A stretch of DNA of 63,255 nt, the filler included, from an uncultured bacterium (GTDB lineage Bacteria; Auribacterota; CAZIXI01), in the NCBI GenBank assembly GCA_964543115.1. It is 5 parts of 5 records of this genome, joined end to end, with 100 filler letters (N's around TTAATTAATTAA, not from the genome) between each part and the next. Parts side by side here need not be neighbours in the genome. Positions count along the whole stretch, not along the records: positions 12,854 to 25,486 come from CAZIXI010000078.1; positions 25,587 to 38,216 come from CAZIXI010000079.1; 3 more parts are not named here. The stretch is one strand, 5' to 3'. The translations under genes were made by a program, and so were the position numbers. The notes below the pieces were generated by a model. It searched no databases and was not told the DNA's origin. It worked only from the letters and a program-made list of their open reading frames with translations. Below are positions 17,325 through 25,669 of this stretch, piece by piece. Numbering within the stretch: position 1 is the stretch's first letter; the number at the start of each line of letters is the position of its first letter.

Positions 17325-17405
17325 TCGTATTGTGCGGGCAACATGCGTATCGCGTATCGTGAAAAGCGTTTTTTAATAAAACGCAATACGCGATACGCAA
17401 TACGA
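17325..17405. repeat. Inverted arms of short heptamer repeats (GCGTATC/GATACGC)
   Basis: TGCGTATCGCGTATCGT faces ACGCAATACGCGATACGCAATACGA between the MFP stop and the RND start. Confidence 0.8.
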
Positions 17406-17406
17406 C

Positions 17407-18558
17407 TTAGCTTTTATCTCCACTTTCTTCTTTTTTTCCGCTGGTGATTGATACTTTGGCGCCGTTATATAGGCCCAGTTGGCCGAAGGTGACAACCTGT
17501 TCGCCGGCCTTAATTCCTTCTTTGATTACAATAATATCGTCTTCCTGGGGTCCCTGGGTAATCTTTTCGCGCAGTTCCGCTTCGTTCGACTGATTAATTA
17601 CATAAAGATAAGGGCCTTTCTGGCCGAGCCGAACAGCGACCTCCGGGACAATAACAGCGTTTTTCAGTGTTGATACGGTTAATTTAATTCTGACAAATTG
17701 GCCGGGCCAGAGCTGTCTTTCCTTGTTAGCAACTGTTGCCCTTAGTGAAATTGTGCCGGTGGTGTTATCCACGGTGTTGTTAACAAGCTGCAGTTCTCCG
17801 GTGTACGGGCCTTTTTCGTCTCCGGCAACGGTAAATTGAACCTGCAGCGTACCTTTGTCCATGTTGTCGCGGATCGCGGGCAATTTAAGTTCGGTAACAG
17901 AAAAATCCACGTATAAAGGGTCCATGGTCTGAATGTTTACTAAGGCCGGGCAGCAGTTTCCGGTAACCACGTATCCCGGATCAACCAGGCGTATTCCGGT
18001 AACACCGTTAATCGGTGAACGGATCTGGCAATATTCCAGGTTTATTTTTGCCGTTTCGATGTTGGCCTTGTCCAGCTGGATCTGGGCCTCTGTTGCGCTT
18101 ACGTCAGTTTGATAGTTTTCGAATTCCTGTTCGGAGATAAGGCTTTTTTCCACTAATTTCCTGTTTCTCTCCAAGGTGTCTTTTTTCAGTTTTAAGGATA
18201 CGGTATCTTCAGCCAGGGAGGCTTCCGCCTTATCCAGATCGGCCTGGTATTCCCGCGGGTCGATGCTGAATAAAAGGTTGCCCTGAGAAACTTCATCCCC
18301 CTCTTTAAAATGAACCTCCATGATTTTTCCCGTAACCTGAGAGGTGATGTCAACGTTGTTGGGGGAGGTAAGGGTGCCGAATGAATCAATGTAAACAGGG
18401 ACGTCTTTTTGGGTTGCCTTGGCTACCTGTACCGGCCGGGGAGGAGTTTCCTGCTTTGACGGTTTCTTAGAGAGTTTTTTTATGAGAAAGCCGATGGTTA
18501 GCGCGAGTAGCGCGCAGAGTATAATGGTTATTAAGAATGTTTTAATTTTTGAGGACAT
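17407..18558 (-). CDS. RND periplasmic adaptor (membrane fusion protein)
   Basis: N-terminal TM, ITSQVTGKI lipoyl half-motif, coiled coil, IRSPINGV, LWPGQFV. Confidence 0.95.
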   Translation of the reverse strand: MSSKIKTFLITIILCALLALTIGFLIKKLSKKPSKQETPPRPVQVAKATQKDVPVYIDSFGTLTSPNNVDITSQVTGKIMEVHFKEGDEVSQGNLLFSIDPREYQADLDKAEASLAEDTVSLKLKKDTLERNRKLVEKSLISEQEFENYQTDVSATEAQIQLDKANIETAKINLEYCQIRSPINGVTGIRLVDPGYVVTGNCCPALVNIQTMDPLYVDFSVTELKLPAIRDNMDKGTLQVQFTVAGDEKGPYTGELQLVNNTVDNTTGTISLRATVANKERQLWPGQFVRIKLTVSTLKNAVIVPEVAVRLGQKGPYLYVINQSNEAELREKITQGPQEDDIIVIKEGIKAGEQVVTFGQLGLYNGAKVSITSGKKEESGDKS

Positions 18559-19982
18559 TAGTAATCTCCTTTATTAGAAACATTTTTGCTGTGTAATGAT
18601 CCAGTAGCATGAGCAAGGTTGGCCAGGCTGACGAATAAATCCTTTTGGGTTTGAATCAATTGGCTTCTGGCTTCGGAAAGGTCACTTTGGGCATCGAGTA
18701 AATCGAGGATTCCTTTTAACCCCGTGTGGTAGCTTTCCAGCACTAAATTATAAGATTCCTGCGCGGAATTAAGATAGGCCGTGGCATATTTATACTTACT
18801 TACGGCCGTATTATAGGCGTAGTGGCTGTTCCAGACATCGGCGGTTGCTTCCAGTTCCAGCTCTTTTAGCTGCGCCTGGGCGGCCTTTAAGGCGGCTTCC
18901 GCGGCTCGTTTCTGGTTTAGATTATAGAAACCGTCAAAGATATCCCAGTCCACGCTTACTCCCGCGTTGAGACTGTAATCGTCATCATATGGTTGTTTAT
19001 TAGCGTAATATTTATACCAGTCTTTTTCAGCGCCGGCTGCCGCGTTTAAGGAAGGCAGGAGATCGGAATTGGCAGCTTTGATCGCGGCTTCTTTTGCCTG
19101 AACGGTTGACCGCAGGGCGGCGATATCCGCTCTATTAGCTAAGGCTTTGTCGATCAGTTGATTGACGTCTTTTTGGTTTATGTTTGTGGGTATTTCTTTT
19201 TCCGGAGCGACAATCCTGAATTCAGTATTTGCCGGCACACCCAGTATCTGAGCCAGATTACCTTTGGCTTCTCTTACCTGTCCTTTAGCATCTTCTAAGG
19301 TGTAAAGGGCATCATTGTAATTGGCCTCGGCCTGGAGCAGGTCAGGTTTCGCGCCCAGTCCGGCCTCGAATTTCTGTTGGGCCGCCTCCAGGGCTGTGTT
19401 GGCGTCCCGGACATTGACCTTTTCCGCTTCGAGGATGGAATGGTCGCTAAACAATTCGTAATAGGCGGTGGAGACGTTAAGTAACAGGTCCTGCATGGCC
19501 TGGTTAAACTGGAAATTTGCCGCTAATAATAATTGATAGGCTTGTTCCACCTCAGCGCTGCGGCCGCCGAAGTCTAATAATAAGTAGGTAATTTTTAAAT
19601 CCGGACCGTACTCAAGCAAATCTGTATTTGTAAGGGATCCTTTCGCGTGTTGTTTTTGGCGGGTGAGGCCACCTGAAACAGTTACCTGGGGGTACCACTG
19701 GCTTTCCGCCTGTTTCTCTTCTGCTTCCGCTTCCCGGGCATTTGCCCAGGCCTCACGTGTTGAGGGGTTATTGTAGAGGGCAATATCAATAAGTTCAAGC
19801 AGGCTCTGCGGGTTATCCGTGTCGATTTTTGCCGTTTTGATAGTGGTGTCAACATATGTCTGAGTTGGCGGGGTCCAGGAATGTTCAGAATCTATCGGGG
19901 CCGTTAATGACCGGCAGCCGCTAAGGGAAATGACAGATAATAATAAAATTCCAGCAGTAATAATATTTTTAATATTAAGCAT
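18558..19982 (-). CDS. tolC: TolC-family outer membrane efflux lipoprotein
   Basis: Lipobox LSGC; two OEP-like repeats (ALYNNP, ALANRAD); in an operon with MFP and RND genes. Confidence 0.9.
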   Translation of the reverse strand: MLNIKNIITAGILLLSVISLSGCRSLTAPIDSEHSWTPPTQTYVDTTIKTAKIDTDNPQSLLELIDIALYNNPSTREAWANAREAEAEEKQAESQWYPQVTVSGGLTRQKQHAKGSLTNTDLLEYGPDLKITYLLLDFGGRSAEVEQAYQLLLAANFQFNQAMQDLLLNVSTAYYELFSDHSILEAEKVNVRDANTALEAAQQKFEAGLGAKPDLLQAEANYNDALYTLEDAKGQVREAKGNLAQILGVPANTEFRIVAPEKEIPTNINQKDVNQLIDKALANRADIAALRSTVQAKEAAIKAANSDLLPSLNAAAGAEKDWYKYYANKQPYDDDYSLNAGVSVDWDIFDGFYNLNQKRAAEAALKAAQAQLKELELEATADVWNSHYAYNTAVSKYKYATAYLNSAQESYNLVLESYHTGLKGILDLLDAQSDLSEARSQLIQTQKDLFVSLANLAHATGSLHSKNVSNKGDY

Positions 19983-19988
19983 TTAAAA

Positions 19989-20603
19989 TTACCTCATAAG
20001 GTCTTTTGCCAGTTTTTGTCCGAGTTTTTCTGCCTTGGAAAAATATGTATCCGTGCCTTTATTTTCTACCGCGCCGGCATAAAAACTGCCGATTACTTTG
20101 GCGTTAAGGCTGCAATGGCTGACGCTTTTGATTACAGAAGTGGCGCCGTCACAGAATATGCGCATGATGGGTGGTACGATGCCGGAAGTGACAATAATAA
20201 TTGCCTTTTTCTTTCTGGGATTACGCGGCTCCGGGCAGCCTTTTAGCGGTGCGTTGCCGGGTCTGGCGAGTACCCAGCAGACACGTTCCAGGAATGTTTT
20301 CATTAACGCGGTTACCGCGCCCATATTTACCGGGCAGCCGAATACATAGCCGTCCGCTTCATCCAACTGCCGGTAGATTGCCTGCATATCATCATTAATG
20401 ACACATTTTGCTATTCTTTTGTCCGGGACGTCATTGCGGCAGACCATGCAGTTTTTACAATATTTAATATCTTTATCTATTAATGATATCTTTTCTATAG
20501 TAATTTCCTTATTTATAGCCTGTGCCCCGGCCAGGGCCTTTTCGATCAAGCTGTCGGTTGTTTTTCCTTTCCGGTAGCTTCCGGAAATAGCTATTATTTT
20601 CAT
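19989..20603 (-). CDS. Flavodoxin-like / iron-sulfur flavoprotein (NADPH-dependent FMN reductase family)
   Basis: ISGSYRKGKTT, CKNCMVC...C, FGCPVNMG. Confidence 0.88.
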   Translation of the reverse strand: MKIIAISGSYRKGKTTDSLIEKALAGAQAINKEITIEKISLIDKDIKYCKNCMVCRNDVPDKRIAKCVINDDMQAIYRQLDEADGYVFGCPVNMGAVTALMKTFLERVCWVLARPGNAPLKGCPEPRNPRKKKAIIIVTSGIVPPIMRIFCDGATSVIKSVSHCSLNAKVIGSFYAGAVENKGTDTYFSKAEKLGQKLAKDLMR

Positions 20604-21391
20604 TATCTGCTTCCGATTCCTCTGCTTGGCCGGACATTGGAAGTATCACGTGTGCGTTGGATTTCTGCCTGTTCTTCCTTTTTGCTTTTTGATTTTATTA
20701 ATAGTTTCCAGGGATGTTCCTCTATGTCAGCGGAGAAGTTTTTGAGATTTTCACTGGTGGCGCTCAGATTGGCGATCAGGGCACGGATGTCGTCGCGGTT
20801 GACCACAACTACTTCGTTGGCATTGGTAACGAAAGCTTTTAATTCGGCAATGGCAACGGTTAATGTGCCCTGCGGACCGACAATTTTTTCTATTCCGTCA
20901 AGGATACGCTGGACCTTGGGGTTGATCTCTTTGATGATGCTGCCCACCATTTCGATAATTTCATTAATGTCCTGCGGTGTAAAACCGAGGATTGTGCTTC
21001 CCGGTTTAATTTCTTTGCTGCTGGGGTCACCGACGGTAATATCAAGATATTTCAGTCCCAGGTAGCCGAGTGTTTTTATCTGGATGATGGAATCCTCCCG
21101 GACAGTGGCCAGGGAGTTCAGGGTAATCTTGACGGCAATATTGTACTCCGGGTGCTTTTCCCGTTCTTTTTTGCTGGTTAGCCGGATCCCCTTTACTTTG
21201 CCGACTTCAAAACCGGAATAGTTTACCGGGGCATCAGTGTCCAGGCTGCTGACATTCTTAAAAAGTACCGTGTAATTATAGGTTCGGCCCATGGTTTTTG
21301 TGCCGCTAATCCCGACAATCAGCATGATGAGCAGGGCGAGGGAGATGAGAATGACTGCGCCGGTTTTTACTTCTGTCTTAAAATATTCCAT
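20603..21391 (-). CDS. mlaD: MlaD/MCE family protein
   Basis: N-terminal TM, APVNYSGFEVGKV, GYLGLKYLDI, C-terminal coiled coil. Confidence 0.9.
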   Translation of the reverse strand: MEYFKTEVKTGAVILISLALLIMLIVGISGTKTMGRTYNYTVLFKNVSSLDTDAPVNYSGFEVGKVKGIRLTSKKEREKHPEYNIAVKITLNSLATVREDSIIQIKTLGYLGLKYLDITVGDPSSKEIKPGSTILGFTPQDINEIIEMVGSIIKEINPKVQRILDGIEKIVGPQGTLTVAIAELKAFVTNANEVVVVNRDDIRALIANLSATSENLKNFSADIEEHPWKLLIKSKSKKEEQAEIQRTRDTSNVRPSRGIGSR

Positions 21392-21392
21392 G

Positions 21393-22193
21393 TTATCCTC
21401 CTGTTAGGTCTTTCAGGTAATCCGTTGCGCTTTTCTTTAAGGGGATCGGTCCCTCATGGGAACCGGTGGTAAACTGTTTAACAATAGCGTTTTTTGTGTT
21501 CTTGATTTCTTCCGGCGTGCCGATTTCGATAATTTCTCCCTGATAAAGCATACCGATCCGGTCGGCCGTGCGGTAGGCGCTGGCCATTTTATGGGTAACC
21601 ACCACAGAAGTAACTTTAAGTTTGGCGCTAAGGTCCTTTATGAGTTTGTCGATCATCGCGGTGACTATGGGATCCAGCCCGGCGCCGGGTTCGTCGTAAA
21701 AGATGATTTCCGGGTCGAGGGCAATGGCCCGGGCCAGCCCGACGCGTTTTTTCATGCCGCCGCTGAGTTCCGCCGGCATCATTTTTTCAAAGCCGATCAG
21801 GCTGACCAGTTCAAGTTTCATTTTAACGATTATATCGATGATCTTAGTGTCCAGCTTGGAATGTTCTTCGATGGGCAGGGCAATGTTTTCGGCAACAGTA
21901 AGGGAATTGAGCAGGGCGCCGTTCTGGTAAAGGATGCCGAATTTTTTCCGGATGTCATTTAATTCCTCTTCCGTTGCCCCGACAATATTTTTCCCGTTGA
22001 TGTAAACGCTGCCCTTATCCGGTTCCAGCAGGCCGATCATGATTCGTAAAAGAGTGCTTTTGCCGCAGCCGCTGCCCCCGATAATAGCAAAGGTTTCGCC
22101 TTTTTTTATCTGGAGGTTTATATCGTTAAGCACCACCCGGTCGTTAAAGGACTTGGTGATGTTCTTGCATTCAATCGCGTATTGTTCTGCCAT
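21393..22193 (-). CDS. mlaF: MlaF-type ABC ATPase
   Basis: GGSGCGKST, LSGGMKKRVGLARA, FYDEP. Confidence 0.92.
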   Translation of the reverse strand: MAEQYAIECKNITKSFNDRVVLNDINLQIKKGETFAIIGGSGCGKSTLLRIMIGLLEPDKGSVYINGKNIVGATEEELNDIRKKFGILYQNGALLNSLTVAENIALPIEEHSKLDTKIIDIIVKMKLELVSLIGFEKMMPAELSGGMKKRVGLARAIALDPEIIFYDEPGAGLDPIVTAMIDKLIKDLSAKLKVTSVVVTHKMASAYRTADRIGMLYQGEIIEIGTPEEIKNTKNAIVKQFTTGSHEGPIPLKKSATDYLKDLTGG

Positions 22194-22202
22194 ATTTTTA
22201 AG

Positions 22203-22684
22203 AAGTAAAGATGTAAAGATTTAAAGATGTAAAGAATTAAAGGTCAATATTTTTGCCACTTGTTCATCAGTGAGTTAAGCATTGCTCCTATTTTATTGTA
22301 TTGGTTAAATAGTTTATTGTGTTTTTCGGTGGAAATGTATCTACAGTCTTTAGCAAAATCCAGCCAGGTTTTTGTTTCTTCACAAGAGCCATTGCTGTCA
22401 TTTAAATGTCTCAGAAAAACATTTTCATACTTCCTCTTTGCCCAGCCTTCGCAAATATTCGCTGGAATAGATCTTGATGATTTCCGTATTTGTTGCGTTA
22501 AAGCATACATTTCTTCTTTTGGAAAACCCTTAGATGTTTCGAATATCTCCATTGCTAGATCATACGATAATTGATATACATTTAAGTCCCGATAAGTCTT
22601 TACTGTTCTTTTCTCGGTAATGCTTTCCATTGTTATCTTGCCTAATTTCTTTACTTCTTTATTTCTTTAATTCTTTACTTCTTT
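22203..22684. mobile_element. Four-helix-bundle cassette bounded by inverted 8-mer repeat arms, lying between mlaE and mlaF
   Basis: Five NNNTAAAG units at 22203-22242 and four to five CTTTANTT units at 22649-22684 flank the gene. Confidence 0.7.
22244..22630 (-). CDS. Four helix bundle protein (23S rRNA IVS/Avd-like family)
   Basis: YRDLNVYQ, FPKEEMYALTQQIRKSSRSIPANICEG, GSCEET. Confidence 0.95.
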   Translation of the reverse strand: MESITEKRTVKTYRDLNVYQLSYDLAMEIFETSKGFPKEEMYALTQQIRKSSRSIPANICEGWAKRKYENVFLRHLNDSNGSCEETKTWLDFAKDCRYISTEKHNKLFNQYNKIGAMLNSLMNKWQKY

Positions 22685-23475
22685 TAAAGGAAGTAAAAAA
22701 TTGCGTTCCAGAAAGAGTCGACAATAATGATTAATTGTATCGATAAAACCACTGACTGCGTGGTGGCCTTACCTACGCCTTCGGCACCGCCCCTGACAAT
22801 AAAGCCCTGATAACAGCTGATAATTGCGATAATAGCGGCAAAAAAGAGACTTTTAAAAAGTCCGGTATAAATGTCTTTTAGGGCCAGGGCATCTAAGGTT
22901 AATCTGATATAGTAAGAGGTATTAATATGTACGCTGAATCTGCCGATAAGATAGCCGCCAATCATTCCCACCATGTTGGCAAAAATAACCAGACAGGGCA
23001 TCATGATTACCAGGGCAATCAACCGGGGAACAATCAGATAACGTACCGGGGGGATAGCCATGGTGTCCAGGGCATCGATTTCCTCATAAACCTTCATTGA
23101 GCCCAATTCCGCGGTAATGGAGGCGCCCACGCGGGCGGCGACAACAATGCCGGTTAGTAAGGGGCCGAGCTCTCTGGTAAAGGAGATACCGACAAGGCCG
23201 CCGAGCATCAATACGCTGCCCACCTGCTCCAATTGGTAGGAGGTGAGCATGGCCAGAGTAAGGCCGAAGAACAGGCAGACAAAGGTGACAATAGGGATGG
23301 AGTTTACACCGGTATGCTGCATTTGTTTAAGGATTTCTTTGCCGCTGGGAAATTTTCTTTTTAAGGGGGCGCAGAATGTCCAGTAGCATGTTTCTTTAAA
23401 CAGAAGGCTGATACTGCTTAGGTGTTGTAAGAAATTTATAAATATACGGCCGAAATAACCCGCAAGATTCCTCAC
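22684..23475 (-). CDS. mlaE: MlaE-type ABC permease
   Basis: RELGPLLTGIVVAARVGASITAELGSMK, GAEGVGKATT. Confidence 0.95.
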   Translation of the reverse strand: MRNLAGYFGRIFINFLQHLSSISLLFKETCYWTFCAPLKRKFPSGKEILKQMQHTGVNSIPIVTFVCLFFGLTLAMLTSYQLEQVGSVLMLGGLVGISFTRELGPLLTGIVVAARVGASITAELGSMKVYEEIDALDTMAIPPVRYLIVPRLIALVIMMPCLVIFANMVGMIGGYLIGRFSVHINTSYYIRLTLDALALKDIYTGLFKSLFFAAIIAIISCYQGFIVRGGAEGVGKATTQSVVLSIQLIIIVDSFWNAIFYFL

Positions 23476-23810
23476 TTATCCAGCTCCTTCAGTGCTTCTT
23501 CTCGAGACGAGCAAATAGGAAATATTTCGTCTAATCTGGTTATCGAGAAGACGTTTCGGACAGTATCGGTTAAGGAAAAAATAGCCAGTTTTTTTCTTGT
23601 TTTCGTTGTTGTCTGGAAGGCCTCGACAAGTGTGGCCAGCCCGGAGCTGTCCATGTATTTTACCTGGGAGAGGTCAACGAGGATGCCGGCGCTGCTGTTT
23701 TGAATGTTTTCCTGCAGGATTTTCCTGAAATCCGGAGAATTATTCAGATCTATTTCTCCATCAGGAACGATAAGAATTGCCTTGTCTAACTTTTCGATTT
23801 TTGTGTTCAT
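23472..23810 (-). CDS. STAS-domain anti-sigma antagonist (RsbV/SpoIIAA-like)
   Basis: GEID, DLSQVKYMDSSGL with the phosphoacceptor Ser. Confidence 0.92.
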   Translation of the reverse strand: MNTKIEKLDKAILIVPDGEIDLNNSPDFRKILQENIQNSSAGILVDLSQVKYMDSSGLATLVEAFQTTTKTRKKLAIFSLTDTVRNVFSITRLDEIFPICSSREEALKELDK

Positions 23811-24220
23811 AGGTCCTTTCTTGTTTTAATCAGGGTTAAGATTGTACCGGCTGCCGGACTAAGGTCATAGTGTACTTCATCCATTAGTTTGTTAATGAAG
23901 ATAACTCCATAACCGCCGCAGCGCAGTTTTTCCGTTGGCGGATTTTCCATTTTTTTCATGTTTGGTTTGCAGCCGAAATCCTGCAGGACTACTTTCAGCT
24001 TGTCTTTCTTTTGTTCGGTAGATATTAATATTTCTTGGTGATAGTCCTGTTTGTAGGCATGTCTGATTATGTTGCTGCAGGCCTCATCAACGGCCAGGAC
24101 AATGTCGTGAATTTCTTTTTCCGAAAAACCTGCTTGTTTCGATATTTTCCTCATGTAAGCACGAATATCTTTAAGGTTTTTCGGGTTGCTGGTGAATTTT
24201 ACCGTGTCGGTTGCCATCAT
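23807..24220 (-). CDS. RsbW-like serine kinase / anti-sigma factor
   Basis: LAVDEACSNIIRHAY, QDFG, GGYGV (HATPase_c_2 pattern). Confidence 0.9.
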   Translation of the reverse strand: MMATDTVKFTSNPKNLKDIRAYMRKISKQAGFSEKEIHDIVLAVDEACSNIIRHAYKQDYHQEILISTEQKKDKLKVVLQDFGCKPNMKKMENPPTEKLRCGGYGVIFINKLMDEVHYDLSPAAGTILTLIKTRKDL

Positions 24221-24223
24221 TTT

Positions 24224-25480
24224 CTAAGTTATTTTATTAATCAGTACAGCTGTTAAATCATCATGTTGGGCGGCGTCCCGGGCAAAGCTGCTGACGCCGG
24301 CGAACAGGTTTTTCAGCAAGTGTTTGCGGGTATTCTTGTTTTTTATTTTGGCCCGCAGTTCACGGGCAAACCGCAACTGCCCGAATTCTTTACCCTGGAT
24401 GTTTCGAGCCTCTATTATACCATCAGTATATAGTAAAAGTGAATCATCTTTTTTCAGGGTAATTTTCCGGGAGCCGTAAGAGATACTGTCAATAATGCCC
24501 AGCGGTAATCCTTTGCTGCTGTTAATTTCTTTGATTTTTCCGTTACTGATCAGGAAAGGGTAGGGGTGGCCGGCGTTCAGCAGGGTTGTTTTTCCGGAAG
24601 ATTTTTCAATGGCAATAATGATGCAGGTGGCAAACATTCCTCTGGTAGAACGTTGTAATAATGATTGATTAAGTTTGTTGGCAACAAGCGAAATGTCTTT
24701 ATGCTCATTTGCCAGGGAACGTAGTTTTGTGATCAGTCTTACCATGTATAATGCCGCCGGGATGCCTTTTCCGGTGACATCCCCAACGGCAATAATTGTC
24801 TTTTTCCCCAGATCAATTACGTCAAAAAAATCGCCGCCGATTTTTTTTGCGGGTTTGTATTCGGCAGTGATCGTTAGCTGTTTAAGATTTATATTTTTTG
24901 GCGGCAGCATCTGGTCCTGGATCTCGCTGGCGATGGTGAGTTCCTGTTCCAGTTTCTGTTGGGCGAGCATGTTTTTATGCATCCGGGCATTCTCAATGGC
25001 TACCGCTACCTGACAGGCGAAGGCCTGAAACATGGGGATATCTTCGGGGGTAAAGAACAGTTTGTCTTTAGGATTGATTACCTCAAGCACACCGATAGTT
25101 TTGTCGTTTACCTGAAGCGGAACAGCCAGGATGCTTCTGGTGTCAAAATTGGTGGCCTTATCAAGTTCCCGGCAAAAACGGGGATCTCTGGCAACGTCCG
25201 CCACCACTATTGGTTCTCCGGTCTTGGCTACCGCTCCGGCGATACCTTGGCCGAGTTTAAGGGAAAAACCTTTTTGCAGCCGGTGTCCCTTTGTTCCCAG
25301 GGCGACAGTGAAGTTTAAACGCTGCTTTTTTTCATCGAGAAGCATGAGTGAGCCGGCATCGGAGCGGAGGACGTCTTTGGACATTTTGGTTACACCTTTG
25401 AGCACCTCATTAAGGTCCAGTGAGGAGTTGACCAGATGACAGGTGTTGATCAGGCAGTGTAAGGGATGTGATTCCTTCAT
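24224..25480 (-). CDS. GAF + SpoIIE/PP2C phosphatase (RsbU-like)
   Basis: GAF region (SILAVPL...IGVLEVIN); GGDFFD, GDVTGKG, YTDGI, DDLTAV. Confidence 0.93.
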   Translation of the reverse strand: MKESHPLHCLINTCHLVNSSLDLNEVLKGVTKMSKDVLRSDAGSLMLLDEKKQRLNFTVALGTKGHRLQKGFSLKLGQGIAGAVAKTGEPIVVADVARDPRFCRELDKATNFDTRSILAVPLQVNDKTIGVLEVINPKDKLFFTPEDIPMFQAFACQVAVAIENARMHKNMLAQQKLEQELTIASEIQDQMLPPKNINLKQLTITAEYKPAKKIGGDFFDVIDLGKKTIIAVGDVTGKGIPAALYMVRLITKLRSLANEHKDISLVANKLNQSLLQRSTRGMFATCIIIAIEKSSGKTTLLNAGHPYPFLISNGKIKEINSSKGLPLGIIDSISYGSRKITLKKDDSLLLYTDGIIEARNIQGKEFGQLRFARELRAKIKNKNTRKHLLKNLFAGVSSFARDAAQHDDLTAVLINKIT

Positions 25481-25486
25481 AAGTTC

Positions 25487-25586
25487 NNNNNNNNNNNNNN
25501 NNNNNNNNNNNNNNNNNNNNNNNNNNNNNNTTAATTAATTAANNNNNNNNNNNNNNNNNNNNNNNNNNNNNNNNNNNNNNNNNNNN
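25487..25586. other. Artificial contig linker
   Basis: N44-TTAATTAATTAA-N44. Confidence 0.98.
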
Positions 25587-25641
25587 GTCGCTAGTCGCTA
25601 GTCGCTAGTCGCTAGTCGCTAGTCGCTAGTCGCTAGTCGCT
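25587..25641 (+). repeat. Heptamer microsatellite (GTCGCTA)~8 at the contig edge
   Basis: Seven perfect copies plus a partial eighth. Confidence 0.95.
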
Positions 25642-25669
25642 CATTTTAGTTGTGGATATTGGATATAAT

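Noticed and set aside
22244..22630. Diversity-generating retroelement (Avd) or rRNA intervening sequence
   Set aside because: No reverse transcriptase, no TR/VR pair and no rRNA in the window.
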